From: Candidatus Latescibacterota bacterium
GTDB taxonomy: Bacteria; Latescibacterota; UBA2968; UBA8231
Reading direction: 5' to 3'
DNA length: 64,000 nucleotides
Assembly: GCA_965219385.1 (NCBI GenBank)
Contig: CBDCNM010000002.1
Coordinates: 406,639-470,638, forward strand
The notes under the pieces were generated by a model. It saw nothing but the letters and a program-made list of their open reading frames with translations. It did no database searches and was not told where the DNA came from. Position 1 is the first letter of the stretch, and each line of letters begins with the position of its first letter. Below, one piece after another: positions 40,970 to 50,633 of this stretch. Made by a program: the position numbers and the translations under genes.

Positions 40970-43744
40970 TCATACCCGAAACACCTTCATCACCTCGTCC
41001 CCCAGGTGGTTGATCACCTTCACCGCAATCCGGCCTGAAGTCGGCTTGGCGAAAGGCCGGGAGGTGTCACTACGGAGGGTTTCCCAGGCTTCCTGGTTGA
41101 TCTCGGCTTTGAGCGTCGTCTGCAGGGCTTTGTACGGGTCGTTGGCGCCGAGGAAGTAGGCGTGGCGGACGAAGAAGCTTTCCTCGTTGTAATCGGTATC
41201 GACGAACCAGCAGGCGATGCCGTCGGCGCTGTCGCTGCGGATTTCGCCGGTGTTGGGGTGGAATACGTCCACGCCGTTGACCTTGACCCGGATTTGATCG
41301 TCCTCCGCGTCGAGGATGTCGATGTCCGGTTCGCCGAAGATGACGAAGAGGTTGCCTTTGCCGGTGTTTTTGAGGTCGTCGGCCATGTGGAGGTCGGCGT
41401 TCATGCGGGCCTTGAGGACCGGGACGCGGCCGAGTTTGTTGAACTCCGAGGCGTGGGCGTCGTAGTTGAAGGCGCAGGCGACCAGCACGTCGAAGTCGGC
41501 GTCGGCGGCTTCGCGCACCGCCGATACGAGGTCGGGGCGGGAAACGGTGCCGAATTCTGGGCCGACGAAGATGCCAGCGCGTTTTTCAGCGCCCGAGTCG
41601 CCGTTGCCTTCGACGTAGGTTCCTTCGGCGCAGACGTGGTAGCCGGGCCAAGGTCTGATCCCGGAAAACGAGATGCGGTCGTCTTTGTGCGCCTGTTGGA
41701 CGCCGGAGGTTTTGAGATTGTCGAGGATCATCTCGGCGAAGTCCTGCTTTTCGCCGTAGCCGAGCTTGCTTTCGGCGATGTTGTCGATGAGTTCGTCGTT
41801 CTCATCGACGCCTAACAGGCGGTGTGGCGACAGGCTTTCCACTGTAAACGGGCCGGCGACGCGGACTTTTTTGTTGTCTTCGTAGGGCTTGTCGTAGAGG
41901 TACTCGTAGTCGGCTTTGGCGGCGATGGAGGCGTCGATTTCCTTTTGCCGGGCGATGCGCTGTTCCCACCAGTCCGCGTAAATTCTTTTGACCTCCTCGG
42001 GCCAAGCGTCGTCGGCGTCGCGGGGGATTTCCCATTCCTCGTAGGATGTGCCGAGCGCGTCGTTCAATTCCTGACGCAGCGGCTCCAGCGTTTCTTGGAA
42101 CTTCTCCCAGATTACGTCGATTTCGGCGTTGTTGGCGATGGACTTGAGGGTGATGTGGGGGACGCGCTCGTACACGAAACCTTGGCGGATGTCGTTGTAC
42201 GTGGGCGCTTCCGAGGGAGCTTTGCGGACGAGCGCGGCTTCTTTGATTTGGCCGTCGCGGCTGTCGGCGAGCAGGTAGTAGGGATAGCGGGCGCCCATGA
42301 TGCGGGCGCGGGCCAGCGCGAGGGCGACGCGGGAGGTGTCAATGGTGATCCAGCGGCGGCCCCACTGCTCGGCGACGTACGCGGTGGTGCCGGAGCCACA
42401 GGTCGGGTCGAGGACGAGGTCGCCGGGGTCGGTGGTCATTAGGATGCAGCGTTCCAATACACCGGGTGAGGTCTCCACAACATAGTCTCTATCTTGCGCC
42501 GGTGCCGTATCTCGCCAAGGATGAGTCAGTTTTCGATATCGGAAGTCAGAGTGATAGCTTAGAAACCTTGGAAATCTCCCTTCGACGAATAACCTCCCTG
42601 CCTGATCAAGTCGGCGCATACGATTTTCTGTTGTGATCCAACAACGCCCAGAGGTCGGCGTGTATATAGTTCCTTCAAAAAGAAACGGATATACTCCTGT
42701 TTCCGAGAAGGACGGTGCCCACTGTGAAACTGTCCCGAATATCTCTGCACTATCTGGAATCGACGCCATATCCTTTCGTTCATTCGGGGTCAATCGACGA
42801 AGTTGCCAATCTGCGTCTCTGACACCAGTCCAGCGACCGCCTGGATCGGGATTGGTCCTCACATAAATCTGTCTATACTTAATCCGAGTGATGTCTTTCG
42901 CATACCAAATCAGGTAGTCGGCCATGCCTTCTAGCGTTTTTGCACCCAATGGCATTAACTTTTTGCGGAAGGAAATCTGACCAACGGAATTCTCCTCCCC
43001 AAACACCTCGTCCATCACCGCCCGCACCCGATGCACATTCTCATCCCCAATCTGCACAAAAACCGACCCGCTCTCCGTCAACAAATCCCGCGCCACCGTC
43101 AGCCGGTCCCGCAAATACGTCAAATACGAATGAATCCCATCCCGCCACGTATCCCGAAACGCCTTTACCTGCTCCGGCTCGCGGGTAATGTGCCCGGCGT
43201 TCCCGTCCTTGACATCGCGGCTGGTCGTTGACCACTGGAAGTTGGAGTTGAACTTGATGCCGTAGGGCGGGTCGATGTAGATGCACTGCACCTTGCCACG
43301 CAGCCCCTCCCGCTCGGCCAGCGACGCCATCACCTGCAAGCTATCTCCGAGAATCATCCGGTTCGACCAGTTGGCATCGTGCTGGTAGAACTCCGTCTGC
43401 GCGTCCGCGCTCGGCAGCCCGTTGAAATCCGCGAAAAGGTCGGCCTGGTTATCCGTCTCCCTGGTCCGCTGCCGCAGATCGTCGATCAGCACCTTCGGGT
43501 GCACCTTCTCTTGGATGAACAGCGGCGGCGCCTGCACCACCAGGTCCGACCAGTTCTGCTCGTCCTTGCCGCGCCAGACAAGCTGCGGGTCGAGGTCCGG
43601 GTTGCGCCGTTCGTACGCGACCCTGATCGGATTGCGGTCGTCCTCCGCCATCACCGCCTGGTATTCGGCCGTGGGGATGTTCTTCCGCGATGCGTCCTGG
43701 TGCCGCAGGCTTTCAACGGTCTTGGTCGATTTCCGTTTCGCCAT
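40970..43744 (-). CDS. mod: Site-specific N6A/N4C DNA methyltransferase (beta class), Mod of a type III-like system
   Basis: YIDPPYG precedes LDPTCGSGTT; low-GC TRD ~42470-42990. Confidence 0.92.
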   Translation of the reverse strand: MAKRKSTKTVESLRHQDASRKNIPTAEYQAVMAEDDRNPIRVAYERRNPDLDPQLVWRGKDEQNWSDLVVQAPPLFIQEKVHPKVLIDDLRQRTRETDNQADLFADFNGLPSADAQTEFYQHDANWSNRMILGDSLQVMASLAEREGLRGKVQCIYIDPPYGIKFNSNFQWSTTSRDVKDGNAGHITREPEQVKAFRDTWRDGIHSYLTYLRDRLTVARDLLTESGSVFVQIGDENVHRVRAVMDEVFGEENSVGQISFRKKLMPLGAKTLEGMADYLIWYAKDITRIKYRQIYVRTNPDPGGRWTGVRDADWQLRRLTPNERKDMASIPDSAEIFGTVSQWAPSFSETGVYPFLFEGTIYTPTSGRCWITTENRMRRLDQAGRLFVEGRFPRFLSYHSDFRYRKLTHPWRDTAPAQDRDYVVETSPGVLERCILMTTDPGDLVLDPTCGSGTTAYVAEQWGRRWITIDTSRVALALARARIMGARYPYYLLADSRDGQIKEAALVRKAPSEAPTYNDIRQGFVYERVPHITLKSIANNAEIDVIWEKFQETLEPLRQELNDALGTSYEEWEIPRDADDAWPEEVKRIYADWWEQRIARQKEIDASIAAKADYEYLYDKPYEDNKKVRVAGPFTVESLSPHRLLGVDENDELIDNIAESKLGYGEKQDFAEMILDNLKTSGVQQAHKDDRISFSGIRPWPGYHVCAEGTYVEGNGDSGAEKRAGIFVGPEFGTVSRPDLVSAVREAADADFDVLVACAFNYDAHASEFNKLGRVPVLKARMNADLHMADDLKNTGKGNLFVIFGEPDIDILDAEDDQIRVKVNGVDVFHPNTGEIRSDSADGIACWFVDTDYNEESFFVRHAYFLGANDPYKALQTTLKAEINQEAWETLRSDTSRPFAKPTSGRIAVKVINHLGDEVMKVFRV

Positions 43745-44116
43745 TTATGCGGATTCCTCGTTTATCGTGTTCAACACGTTGCGCAATGCCGGTAGCAGGT
43801 TCGGGACATCAGTCTGGATGATGTCCCAGATAACGTCGTCGTCCATACCCAGGTAACTGTGAGCCAGGCGATTCCGCGTTGCTATAATGCGGCGCCATTG
43901 AATTTCCGGATGAGCCTCACGCACCTCACCCGGGACGAGGGTCGCCGCCTCGCCGATCAGTTCCAGATTGCGCAAAGTGGCATCGTAGACGAGCGTCCCC
44001 GCGATGAACCGCTTTTGGTCCAGTCCCTCCGTATAAGACAGAACCTTGCCGCTGAATTCGATCATGTCCTGAATATAGAGCTGCCAGCTACGCGATTCTT
44101 GGTTGGCGTCAGACAT
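43745..44116 (-). CDS. hepT: HEPN (DUF86) RNase toxin
   Basis: LELIGEA, RNRLAH (RxxxxH), VIWDII. Confidence 0.88.
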   Translation of the reverse strand: MSDANQESRSWQLYIQDMIEFSGKVLSYTEGLDQKRFIAGTLVYDATLRNLELIGEAATLVPGEVREAHPEIQWRRIIATRNRLAHSYLGMDDDVIWDIIQTDVPNLLPALRNVLNTINEESA

Positions 44117-44432
44117 TGACGATTTCCCGCTCCACGTAGGGCCGTATCTCCGCCCGCAGTGCTTTGTCAGTTACCAGATCGACTGGATGCCCCAGCAGGT
44201 CCTCCAAGTAGAACTGGGTGCCGAAGTAGGCCTCTGAGGTTGCCGGCTTGTCAAAGCGAACCAGGATGTCAACGTCGCTGTCGTCCGTAGCTCGGTCGCG
44301 GGCGAAGGAACCGAATAGGGCGAGTCCAGAAACCCCAAAGCGTTGCGCAAGGGTCGCCTTGTGTGTTCGGAGCAGGTTCAAGACTTCATCTCGGGTCATG
44401 GATTTTCTTTCCGTGCCGGTCGTCGTTGTCAC
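44109..44432 (-). CDS. mntA: Minimal nucleotidyltransferase antitoxin (alternative start 44399)
   Basis: LFGSFARDRATDDSDVDILV, VDLVT. Confidence 0.88.
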   Translation of the reverse strand: MTTTTGTERKSMTRDEVLNLLRTHKATLAQRFGVSGLALFGSFARDRATDDSDVDILVRFDKPATSEAYFGTQFYLEDLLGHPVDLVTDKALRAEIRPYVEREIVNV

Positions 44433-44475
44433 AACAGACGTGCCGGGGTCGAAGGTGCTTCAACAGTATAGTTAA

Positions 44476-46227
44476 TTACGATCCTGGCATGTGGGCCGGG
44501 GGTTGGAATTCTAAGAGCACCGACTTTCCGATCATCTCAATGAACCGCACCATCCATTCAAACCCGTTGACATCCGTCAGTCTCAAGGGCTGGTTCAATT
44601 TGAAGTGAACGGGTTGCTGCTTTCCTTCGTCGATTGCGACGTTCGTCGCGTAAAGGTACATGCGGTCGAGATCGTCGAGGATCGGATTCAGCCGCCCTGT
44701 CAAATCGGGGAGGTGACCTGTCCCCTCCGTGAATACCGTTGATCCACCCATCGGCAGCGGTTCTAGCTGCACGGAGAGCGGTTCCGGCGGGTGCCAATTT
44801 CGCTCCACGCGAGCGCCGTACCCGGGTGCGGCGCAGAAAACGGTGATGGGAAGTTCCGAGTGAAACCCAAAAGCCACCCGGCCGAAGGTATCGGTGTTTT
44901 CCTCCATCCAGGTCTTGTTGGGATACAGCGCAACTACCTGCGCACCAACAAGAGGCTGACCGGAAACGGCTACCGACACCTCACCTTCGATGCCGGTTAC
45001 CGACGGACGTGCGGAAGGTATGGTCAGGCACAATTCCGCGCCTCCGAGAAGTTCGTACTCCGGATCGCGTCCAGTCAGTTCCCTTGTCTCCTCGTAAATG
45101 ATCGGCACTCCTTCGCCCCGTTGCTCCAGGAAGTACTGCCGGTCACCGGCGCCGACGATATCCCCAACCTCGAGCCTGCGAAGGATGGACGCGAGCGTTT
45201 CGTTGCGGGTAGCTTGTCGATTGCGCATGGCCTCGATGGGTAGGGTGTTAGGCAAGGCTCCCGGTGAGTACAGCTCAAGGCGGTCGTCGAAGACGAAGAG
45301 CCGTATCTTCGCGTTCTCCATCGAGTAATCGCGGTGAACTACAGCGTTGACGATGGCCTCGAATACCGCTCGCGGACTGAATTGCGGGGTCTCCACACGT
45401 CCAGGGGCCTTGCGTGCCGCTACCCGCGTGTTGAGCCTGACGAAGTTGACTGCATCTCGGATCTGGCGGTCCAATGGGCCGGTGATGGACGCCGCGTCGT
45501 GCTGGGGGGCACTGCCCAGCACGGTGCCACGATAGCGAACGGCTTCGATCGTGGCACCGCGAAGGTGCTCATCCGGGCTGGCGGTGCAGAGCAACACCCC
45601 TGCGACAGTTGCACGGGTTACTCCGCTGTCATCCTCCCGTACCAAACCCAGCTTTGTGAGTTGGGCCGGTGGTTGTTCAGTGGCGCGTGAACTCAGAAAA
45701 CGATCCACAAGGGTCTCGTCAAGGCTGTTGGATCCGGTTGCGGCGACGATCGCTTCGTCAGGTCCAAATAGGCCGGAACGTCCCCGCTGCTGAAACAGTC
45801 GGTTCAATGCCTCCGACGAAAGTTCACGCTTGGCGCTGCCTTGTCGGGAAAGATATCCCCCAGGACTCCTGTGGACCAGCGTGCTCTGTGCTACTTCGAC
45901 CACCAGCACAAACGAGCCGTCCGGCAGAGCAAACCGTTGGGTTACGAACGCCACCGGTGGGCGGATGCTGTCCGAGCAAATTTCGCGGACGAAAGCTTCC
46001 AGCATATCCATCTGTTCGCGGTTCATCGACTGCACTTCACCAGTGTCGGACACGCTGAAGATCAATGTACCGCCGATGGTGTTGCCGAAAGCGGCCAACT
46101 CATCGGCGATAGCGTCCCGATGAGGCGCACGGACGCGGCTGCCGCTGAACACGGTTTCCTTAAACTCAACGCAGCTGTCCTCGCCAAGTTCGAGTTGCTG
46201 CAACAAGCTATCGCTATCCCAGGGCAT
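44476..46227 (-). CDS. AlbA_2/Schlafen-like domain + HATPase_c_4 + extra C-terminal beta domains
   Basis: GEDSCVEFKE, AFGNTIGG, EAIVNAVVHRDY, SPGAL, EQRGEG. Confidence 0.8.
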   Translation of the reverse strand: MPWDSDSLLQQLELGEDSCVEFKETVFSGSRVRAPHRDAIADELAAFGNTIGGTLIFSVSDTGEVQSMNREQMDMLEAFVREICSDSIRPPVAFVTQRFALPDGSFVLVVEVAQSTLVHRSPGGYLSRQGSAKRELSSEALNRLFQQRGRSGLFGPDEAIVAATGSNSLDETLVDRFLSSRATEQPPAQLTKLGLVREDDSGVTRATVAGVLLCTASPDEHLRGATIEAVRYRGTVLGSAPQHDAASITGPLDRQIRDAVNFVRLNTRVAARKAPGRVETPQFSPRAVFEAIVNAVVHRDYSMENAKIRLFVFDDRLELYSPGALPNTLPIEAMRNRQATRNETLASILRRLEVGDIVGAGDRQYFLEQRGEGVPIIYEETRELTGRDPEYELLGGAELCLTIPSARPSVTGIEGEVSVAVSGQPLVGAQVVALYPNKTWMEENTDTFGRVAFGFHSELPITVFCAAPGYGARVERNWHPPEPLSVQLEPLPMGGSTVFTEGTGHLPDLTGRLNPILDDLDRMYLYATNVAIDEGKQQPVHFKLNQPLRLTDVNGFEWMVRFIEMIGKSVLLEFQPPAHMPGS

Positions 46228-46257
46228 TCCTACTCCCCTTTCGCAAACTAAGGCGCA

Positions 46258-49200
46258 CTATTCTCCTGCACGGAGCAAACCGGCTCTGTCACCGGCTGCT
46301 TTTTCGACCGTTTCGTTGAACCCCGCTTCCACCTCGAACACATCGGTAAATTCGGCAAAGGCCCAGCGCCCGTAGTCTCCGTGATGATTCACCCCAGGTA
46401 CCCAGTAGGTGTCCATGGTCGCCTTCTTGTCCTTGGCGTCTTCCCCCCGATAACCCTTGATCTCGACGATCAGATGCAGAAGATCGTCGTCGCCGTTTCC
46501 GTCGTCCACAAGCACGATAAAGTCGGGGATGTAGGTCCGCGTTTCCGAGCCGGAACGGTAGGGCACCTCCAGGCCGAGATTGTGGTTCTTGACGTACGCC
46601 CTGACGTGCGGATGGGATTCGGCGACGCGGCAAAACTCGGCTTCCCAGTCGCTGTCGAGAACGATCCAGTTGATGTGGCAACGGCGGGAGTCGGTCTGCC
46701 ACCGGCTAGTCTTGGTGGTGTTGAAATTCACGTGGGCGGTCGAACCGACGGGATTGTACGGATCGAGCACGGCCTTGACAGGACGACCGCCGATTTCCGC
46801 TCGCGTGATGGCGGCCGTGATGCGCTCGCAGGCTGTGTCGGCCAGCTTCTGGTACATGAGCTGGGCGGGGTAGGTGCCCCCCTTGCAGACGAGAAAGCCA
46901 TCGAGCCATTGTCTGGTGATGCGCTTGAGCTGCCCGAAGAGATGGAGCTTGGGTTCTTTGCCTGGATCGCGGTACTTGGTGTAGAGTAGTCGCTGGGTTA
47001 GATGAAAGAGTAAGGTCGAAGGACGTAAATCGTTGGTATGAACCAGGTTGAGGTCAACGCCCTCACCGATAATCCCCTGGTTCAATGTTTTCGAAGGGCC
47101 GACCAGATCGGGTGTGAGTTGCAGCACCGAGTCCTCGTTGAACTCGGCGCTGAGCCGCTCTTCCGGCAATTCCACTCGATACCCGGCCACCCGCGGGAAA
47201 CGGATCTCCAGCGCATCGCGTTCGGGGCGCACGGCTCGCACCTGAACGGTCTCCCGCGGCGGCTTCGGCGGGGCCACGACGGGCTTCGCCGTAAAGTCGA
47301 ACGGTATCCCCAATACATCGGCGTACTCGACGTTGAACAGACCGTCTTCGTTGAGATCGTAGGATTGGCGGCGCAGGGCGCGGCCAACGACCTGCTCGCA
47401 GAGCAACTGCGTCCCAAAGGCGCGCACCCCCAGCACGTGGCTGACGGTGTTCGCGTCCCATCCTTCGGTGAGCATCGACACCGACACCACGCAGCGAATC
47501 GAATCCCCCAGGCGACCCGGTTTGCCCACGGTGTTCATGACCTCGCGGAGCAGATCCTGGTCGCTGATGTTCTCGGCCTGGTGGCGGTCGCCGGTGCGCT
47601 CGATGATTTCCCGCCGAAAGCGCTCGATCTCGTCGGCGGCCATGTTGCGGAAGTTGCTGTCGAGCGCGTCGCCGGACTCCAATTGTTCGCTGTCGATGAG
47701 GAGGGTGCGGGGCCTCGGGAGTTGCGTGCCGTCGTCCTCGAAGTTGCGGAACAGCTTTAGGCGCCCGTTCTCGAAGGTCGGCGAGCCATCCTCGTTCTCG
47801 CGGTGGAAGCCGGAGATATAGTCGTACACCAGCTTGGAGGTCGAGGTGTTGTTGCAGACCACGATGAAGCACGGCGGCACGCCAATGCCCGCTTCCTCCA
47901 TCAGCTCGAAGGTCTTCCGGTAATGCCCATACAGGGCTTCCAGCGCAGTCTGCAACTCCACGGGCAGGCTCAGGGGATCGAGGTGCTCGGCCTTGCCCCG
48001 CCCCTTCTTCGGCATGTTGGTGCGGATGTGTTCCCAGAGATTGCGGAACTTGGGCATGTCGCCGCCGGGGATATTGTCGGCCACCGGCACCCGGGGCAGT
48101 TTGACGATGCCGCATTCGATGGCGTCCATGAGCGAGAAGTCGTTCATCGTCCAGGGGAACAACGTGCCTTCGGCATAGCCCGACCCGCGCAAAAAGAAGG
48201 GCGTCGCCGAGAGATCCATCACCCGGTTGATGCCAAGCTTTCTGCCGACGGTTTCCAGCCCCGAAATCCACAGCCGGGCGGCTTCCGTGTTCTTTTCGGC
48301 TTCCTTCCTGTCATCTCCCTTGAGCGCGCCTTCCTCCTCTTCGCCCGGCTTCTCGCGGTAGCAGTGGTGCGCCTCGTCGTTGAGGATCAAGACTTTCTTT
48401 ACGCCCATGAGTTCGGGCATCACCCGTTGCAGCATTTGTCCCTCGGTCTCCAGGGTCGTCGGCGCCTCGCCCCGTCCCTGGAGCAAGGAACGGCCGCCTT
48501 TGGCCAGTTCCAAGCGTTCGCGCCGCTTGAAGGCATGGTAGTTGGTGATGACGATTTTTGCCTTTTCCAGCTCGGGGAGCATGTCGTTCGGGACCAACTC
48601 GCGGCTCTGGTAGTAGCTGTCGGGGTCGTTTGGCTGCAGTACGCGCAGGCGATCTTTGATGGTGATGCCGGGCGTGACCACCAGGAAGCCGCGAGTGAAG
48701 CGGCTGCTCTGGGGCCGGCGCACCGCATTGATGGTCTGCCAAGCGATCAACATCGCCATGACCGTGGTCTTGCCAGTGCCGGTCGCCAACTTGAGCGCCA
48801 GCCGCGGCAGCTCCGGATTGGCGTCGTTGTTGGCGTTCGCCAGATGGTCGAGAAAGTCCCTGCCGGATCTCGTGTGCTGCGCAACCTCGGTGAGCCAGAT
48901 GGCGGTCTCTACCGCTTCGACCTGGCAGAAGAAGGGCCGAATGCCACTGAAGCGGTGGTGCCGCCAGTGCTGGAGCAGGCGGGCCGTCTCCGGGGTCACC
49001 TGCCATTGGCTCGGGTCCGGCAGGTTGCGCCAGCGGTCGACCTGCCGGCGAACCCCGTTGATGGTCTGCATCAATTCGTATTGCTGGCCCTCGGCCTCGA
49101 GCTTCTGCGCCGCCTTGTCGAACACCAGCGCGGCTTGTTCCACGGATGATCCCCTTTGCTTCCTCGACGTCGGGACCGCCGTGATGAATGAGACCTGTCT

Positions 49201-49314
49201 TCGGCTTTCAATGATTTTCTGGGTCGGCTGCCCGGTCTTGTCCAACCCCCAATGCCGGCTCGGGCACGCATAAGGCGAGTTGAGGACAGGCCGTTCAAAG
49301 AATAGATCAGTCAA
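46258..49314 (-). CDS. res: Type III-like restriction endonuclease/SF2 helicase (BPTD_3080-like family)
   Basis: LATGTGKT, NDEAHHCY, SATP, MLTEGWD, EQVVGRALRR; C-terminal YIPDF..VEIKG nuclease. Confidence 0.88.
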   Translation of the reverse strand: MTDLFFERPVLNSPYACPSRHWGLDKTGQPTQKIIESRRQVSFITAVPTSRKQRGSSVEQAALVFDKAAQKLEAEGQQYELMQTINGVRRQVDRWRNLPDPSQWQVTPETARLLQHWRHHRFSGIRPFFCQVEAVETAIWLTEVAQHTRSGRDFLDHLANANNDANPELPRLALKLATGTGKTTVMAMLIAWQTINAVRRPQSSRFTRGFLVVTPGITIKDRLRVLQPNDPDSYYQSRELVPNDMLPELEKAKIVITNYHAFKRRERLELAKGGRSLLQGRGEAPTTLETEGQMLQRVMPELMGVKKVLILNDEAHHCYREKPGEEEEGALKGDDRKEAEKNTEAARLWISGLETVGRKLGINRVMDLSATPFFLRGSGYAEGTLFPWTMNDFSLMDAIECGIVKLPRVPVADNIPGGDMPKFRNLWEHIRTNMPKKGRGKAEHLDPLSLPVELQTALEALYGHYRKTFELMEEAGIGVPPCFIVVCNNTSTSKLVYDYISGFHRENEDGSPTFENGRLKLFRNFEDDGTQLPRPRTLLIDSEQLESGDALDSNFRNMAADEIERFRREIIERTGDRHQAENISDQDLLREVMNTVGKPGRLGDSIRCVVSVSMLTEGWDANTVSHVLGVRAFGTQLLCEQVVGRALRRQSYDLNEDGLFNVEYADVLGIPFDFTAKPVVAPPKPPRETVQVRAVRPERDALEIRFPRVAGYRVELPEERLSAEFNEDSVLQLTPDLVGPSKTLNQGIIGEGVDLNLVHTNDLRPSTLLFHLTQRLLYTKYRDPGKEPKLHLFGQLKRITRQWLDGFLVCKGGTYPAQLMYQKLADTACERITAAITRAEIGGRPVKAVLDPYNPVGSTAHVNFNTTKTSRWQTDSRRCHINWIVLDSDWEAEFCRVAESHPHVRAYVKNHNLGLEVPYRSGSETRTYIPDFIVLVDDGNGDDDLLHLIVEIKGYRGEDAKDKKATMDTYWVPGVNHHGDYGRWAFAEFTDVFEVEAGFNETVEKAAGDRAGLLRAGE

Positions 49315-49342
49315 AACGATGCACCCCTGAGGCTCATGCCAT

Positions 49343-49390
49343 GTTATGGGTTACTTAACCTTTTTGGTTATGGGTTACTTAACCTTTTTG
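49343..49390. promoter_or_regulatory. 24-bp tandem repeat, each unit holding palindrome GGTTA-CT-TAACC; candidate double operator
   Basis: GTTATGGGTTACTTAACCTTTTTG at 49343-49366 and 49367-49390, between regulator stop and res start. Confidence 0.6.
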
Positions 49391-49396
49391 CGCCAC

Positions 49397-50530
49397 CTAC
49401 CCCACCCACTCATGCGCCTGCCTCCTCATCTCTTCCCGGGTCAGCCCCAGAATCTCGGCGGCACGCCCGAATGAGATGTGCTCCTGCTCGAGCGCCTGTC
49501 GCACGAGCCGCGAGAGGCGATCCTCGACGAAGTCGTGCCGGGAGAGGCCCTCGGGCTCACCGGAGCGGCTCCAGTTCCAGGTGAACTCGCTCTTATCGAG
49601 CCCCTTGGGCTCTTGGGTTTTTCGCAGGGCCTTGCCGAAATGGTCGCAATGCTGGCGCTGGAATGCACGCCAAATATCCGAGGTTTCACGGCCCGACTCG
49701 ACCAGCCGGTAGAGCACGGTTTTGTAACCCACTCGAAAGATGCGCTTGACCTTGAGGACGCGGACGAGGAGCGGATGTCCCCGGGTTTCGTCCCACTCCG
49801 GCGCGAAGGCGGCTTCCGGCATCAGGAAGTGGCTCGCAAAGGCGTCGGCCGCGCGCTCTGCCTGCACGGGTAGTTCGGTGGCGTCGCGCTGGTATTGGGC
49901 CGGGTGGAGCAACAGATGGCCGAGTTCGTGTACCGCGGTGAAGATCCAGCGCTCCACCGAGATCCGCTCCCAGGTATTGACCACCACGGCAGGGCCGCCG
50001 TCCCCCGCGCCGACGCCCAGCCCGAAGAAAGAGTCGCTCTTCTTCTCGAGGAGCAGGAGCTTCACCCCGTTGTCTTCGAGCAGCCCGCAGATGTCGCGCA
50101 CCGGCTCTTCCGGGCCGAACCCGATGGCTTCGCGCGCGGCCTGGGCGGTTTCCACCGGGCTCCCGGGCCGAGTGCGAACAGTCTCGAACCGGAAGGGGCA
50201 CAACGCGCCGAGGTCGGTCTCGATTTGGGTGTAGGCGCCGAGCCACTTTGCGACCTCGGCCAGGATCTGCGCCCGGGCGTGGACCCGTGTCTGGGCGCGG
50301 AAGCGCACGGTCTCGAGAGGCTGGACAGAAGTCACGAGATCGCCGAGCGGAACCTGTAGTGCTTTCCCGAGAGCGGCGAGGGTCCGGGCGCGCGGGACGA
50401 CGGTGCCTCGCTCGATCTTTCCGAGCGCCATCCGCGAGAGTCCCGCCTTGCGGGCGAGATCCTCCTGGGTCAACTGCCGGTCCAGCCGCAGCCGGGCGAT
50501 ATTCGCGGCAATGTAATTTTCACCAGCCAT
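49397..50530 (-). CDS. XRE HTH fused to ImmA/IrrE zinc metallopeptidase
   Basis: LTQEDLARKAGLSRMALGKIERG; FTAVHELGH (HExxH), ERAADAFASHFLMP. Confidence 0.9.
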   Translation of the reverse strand: MAGENYIAANIARLRLDRQLTQEDLARKAGLSRMALGKIERGTVVPRARTLAALGKALQVPLGDLVTSVQPLETVRFRAQTRVHARAQILAEVAKWLGAYTQIETDLGALCPFRFETVRTRPGSPVETAQAAREAIGFGPEEPVRDICGLLEDNGVKLLLLEKKSDSFFGLGVGAGDGGPAVVVNTWERISVERWIFTAVHELGHLLLHPAQYQRDATELPVQAERAADAFASHFLMPEAAFAPEWDETRGHPLLVRVLKVKRIFRVGYKTVLYRLVESGRETSDIWRAFQRQHCDHFGKALRKTQEPKGLDKSEFTWNWSRSGEPEGLSRHDFVEDRLSRLVRQALEQEHISFGRAAEILGLTREEMRRQAHEWVG

Positions 50531-50548
50531 TGTTTGTCCTCTGGGTAC

Positions 50549-50583
50549 TTGACAAAGTAATCATTTATTCTGATTCTTGTCAA
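50549..50583. promoter_or_regulatory. Inverted TTGACAA...TTGTCAA, candidate divergent promoters/operator
   Basis: TTGACA 50549-50554 and TGTCAA 50578-50583 in an AT-rich gap between divergent operons. Confidence 0.45.
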
Positions 50584-50633
50584 TATGATATTTTCTTGAC
50601 GCGGCCCGGGCGCGACCAGGGCCGAGGTGACTT

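Noticed and set aside
29899..41463. CRISPR, integron attC or DGR explanation for the repeated MTase tails
   Set aside because: Repeats are variable-length coding remnants, not palindromic or regularly spaced; no cas, intI or reverse transcriptase in the window; differences are not adenine-specific
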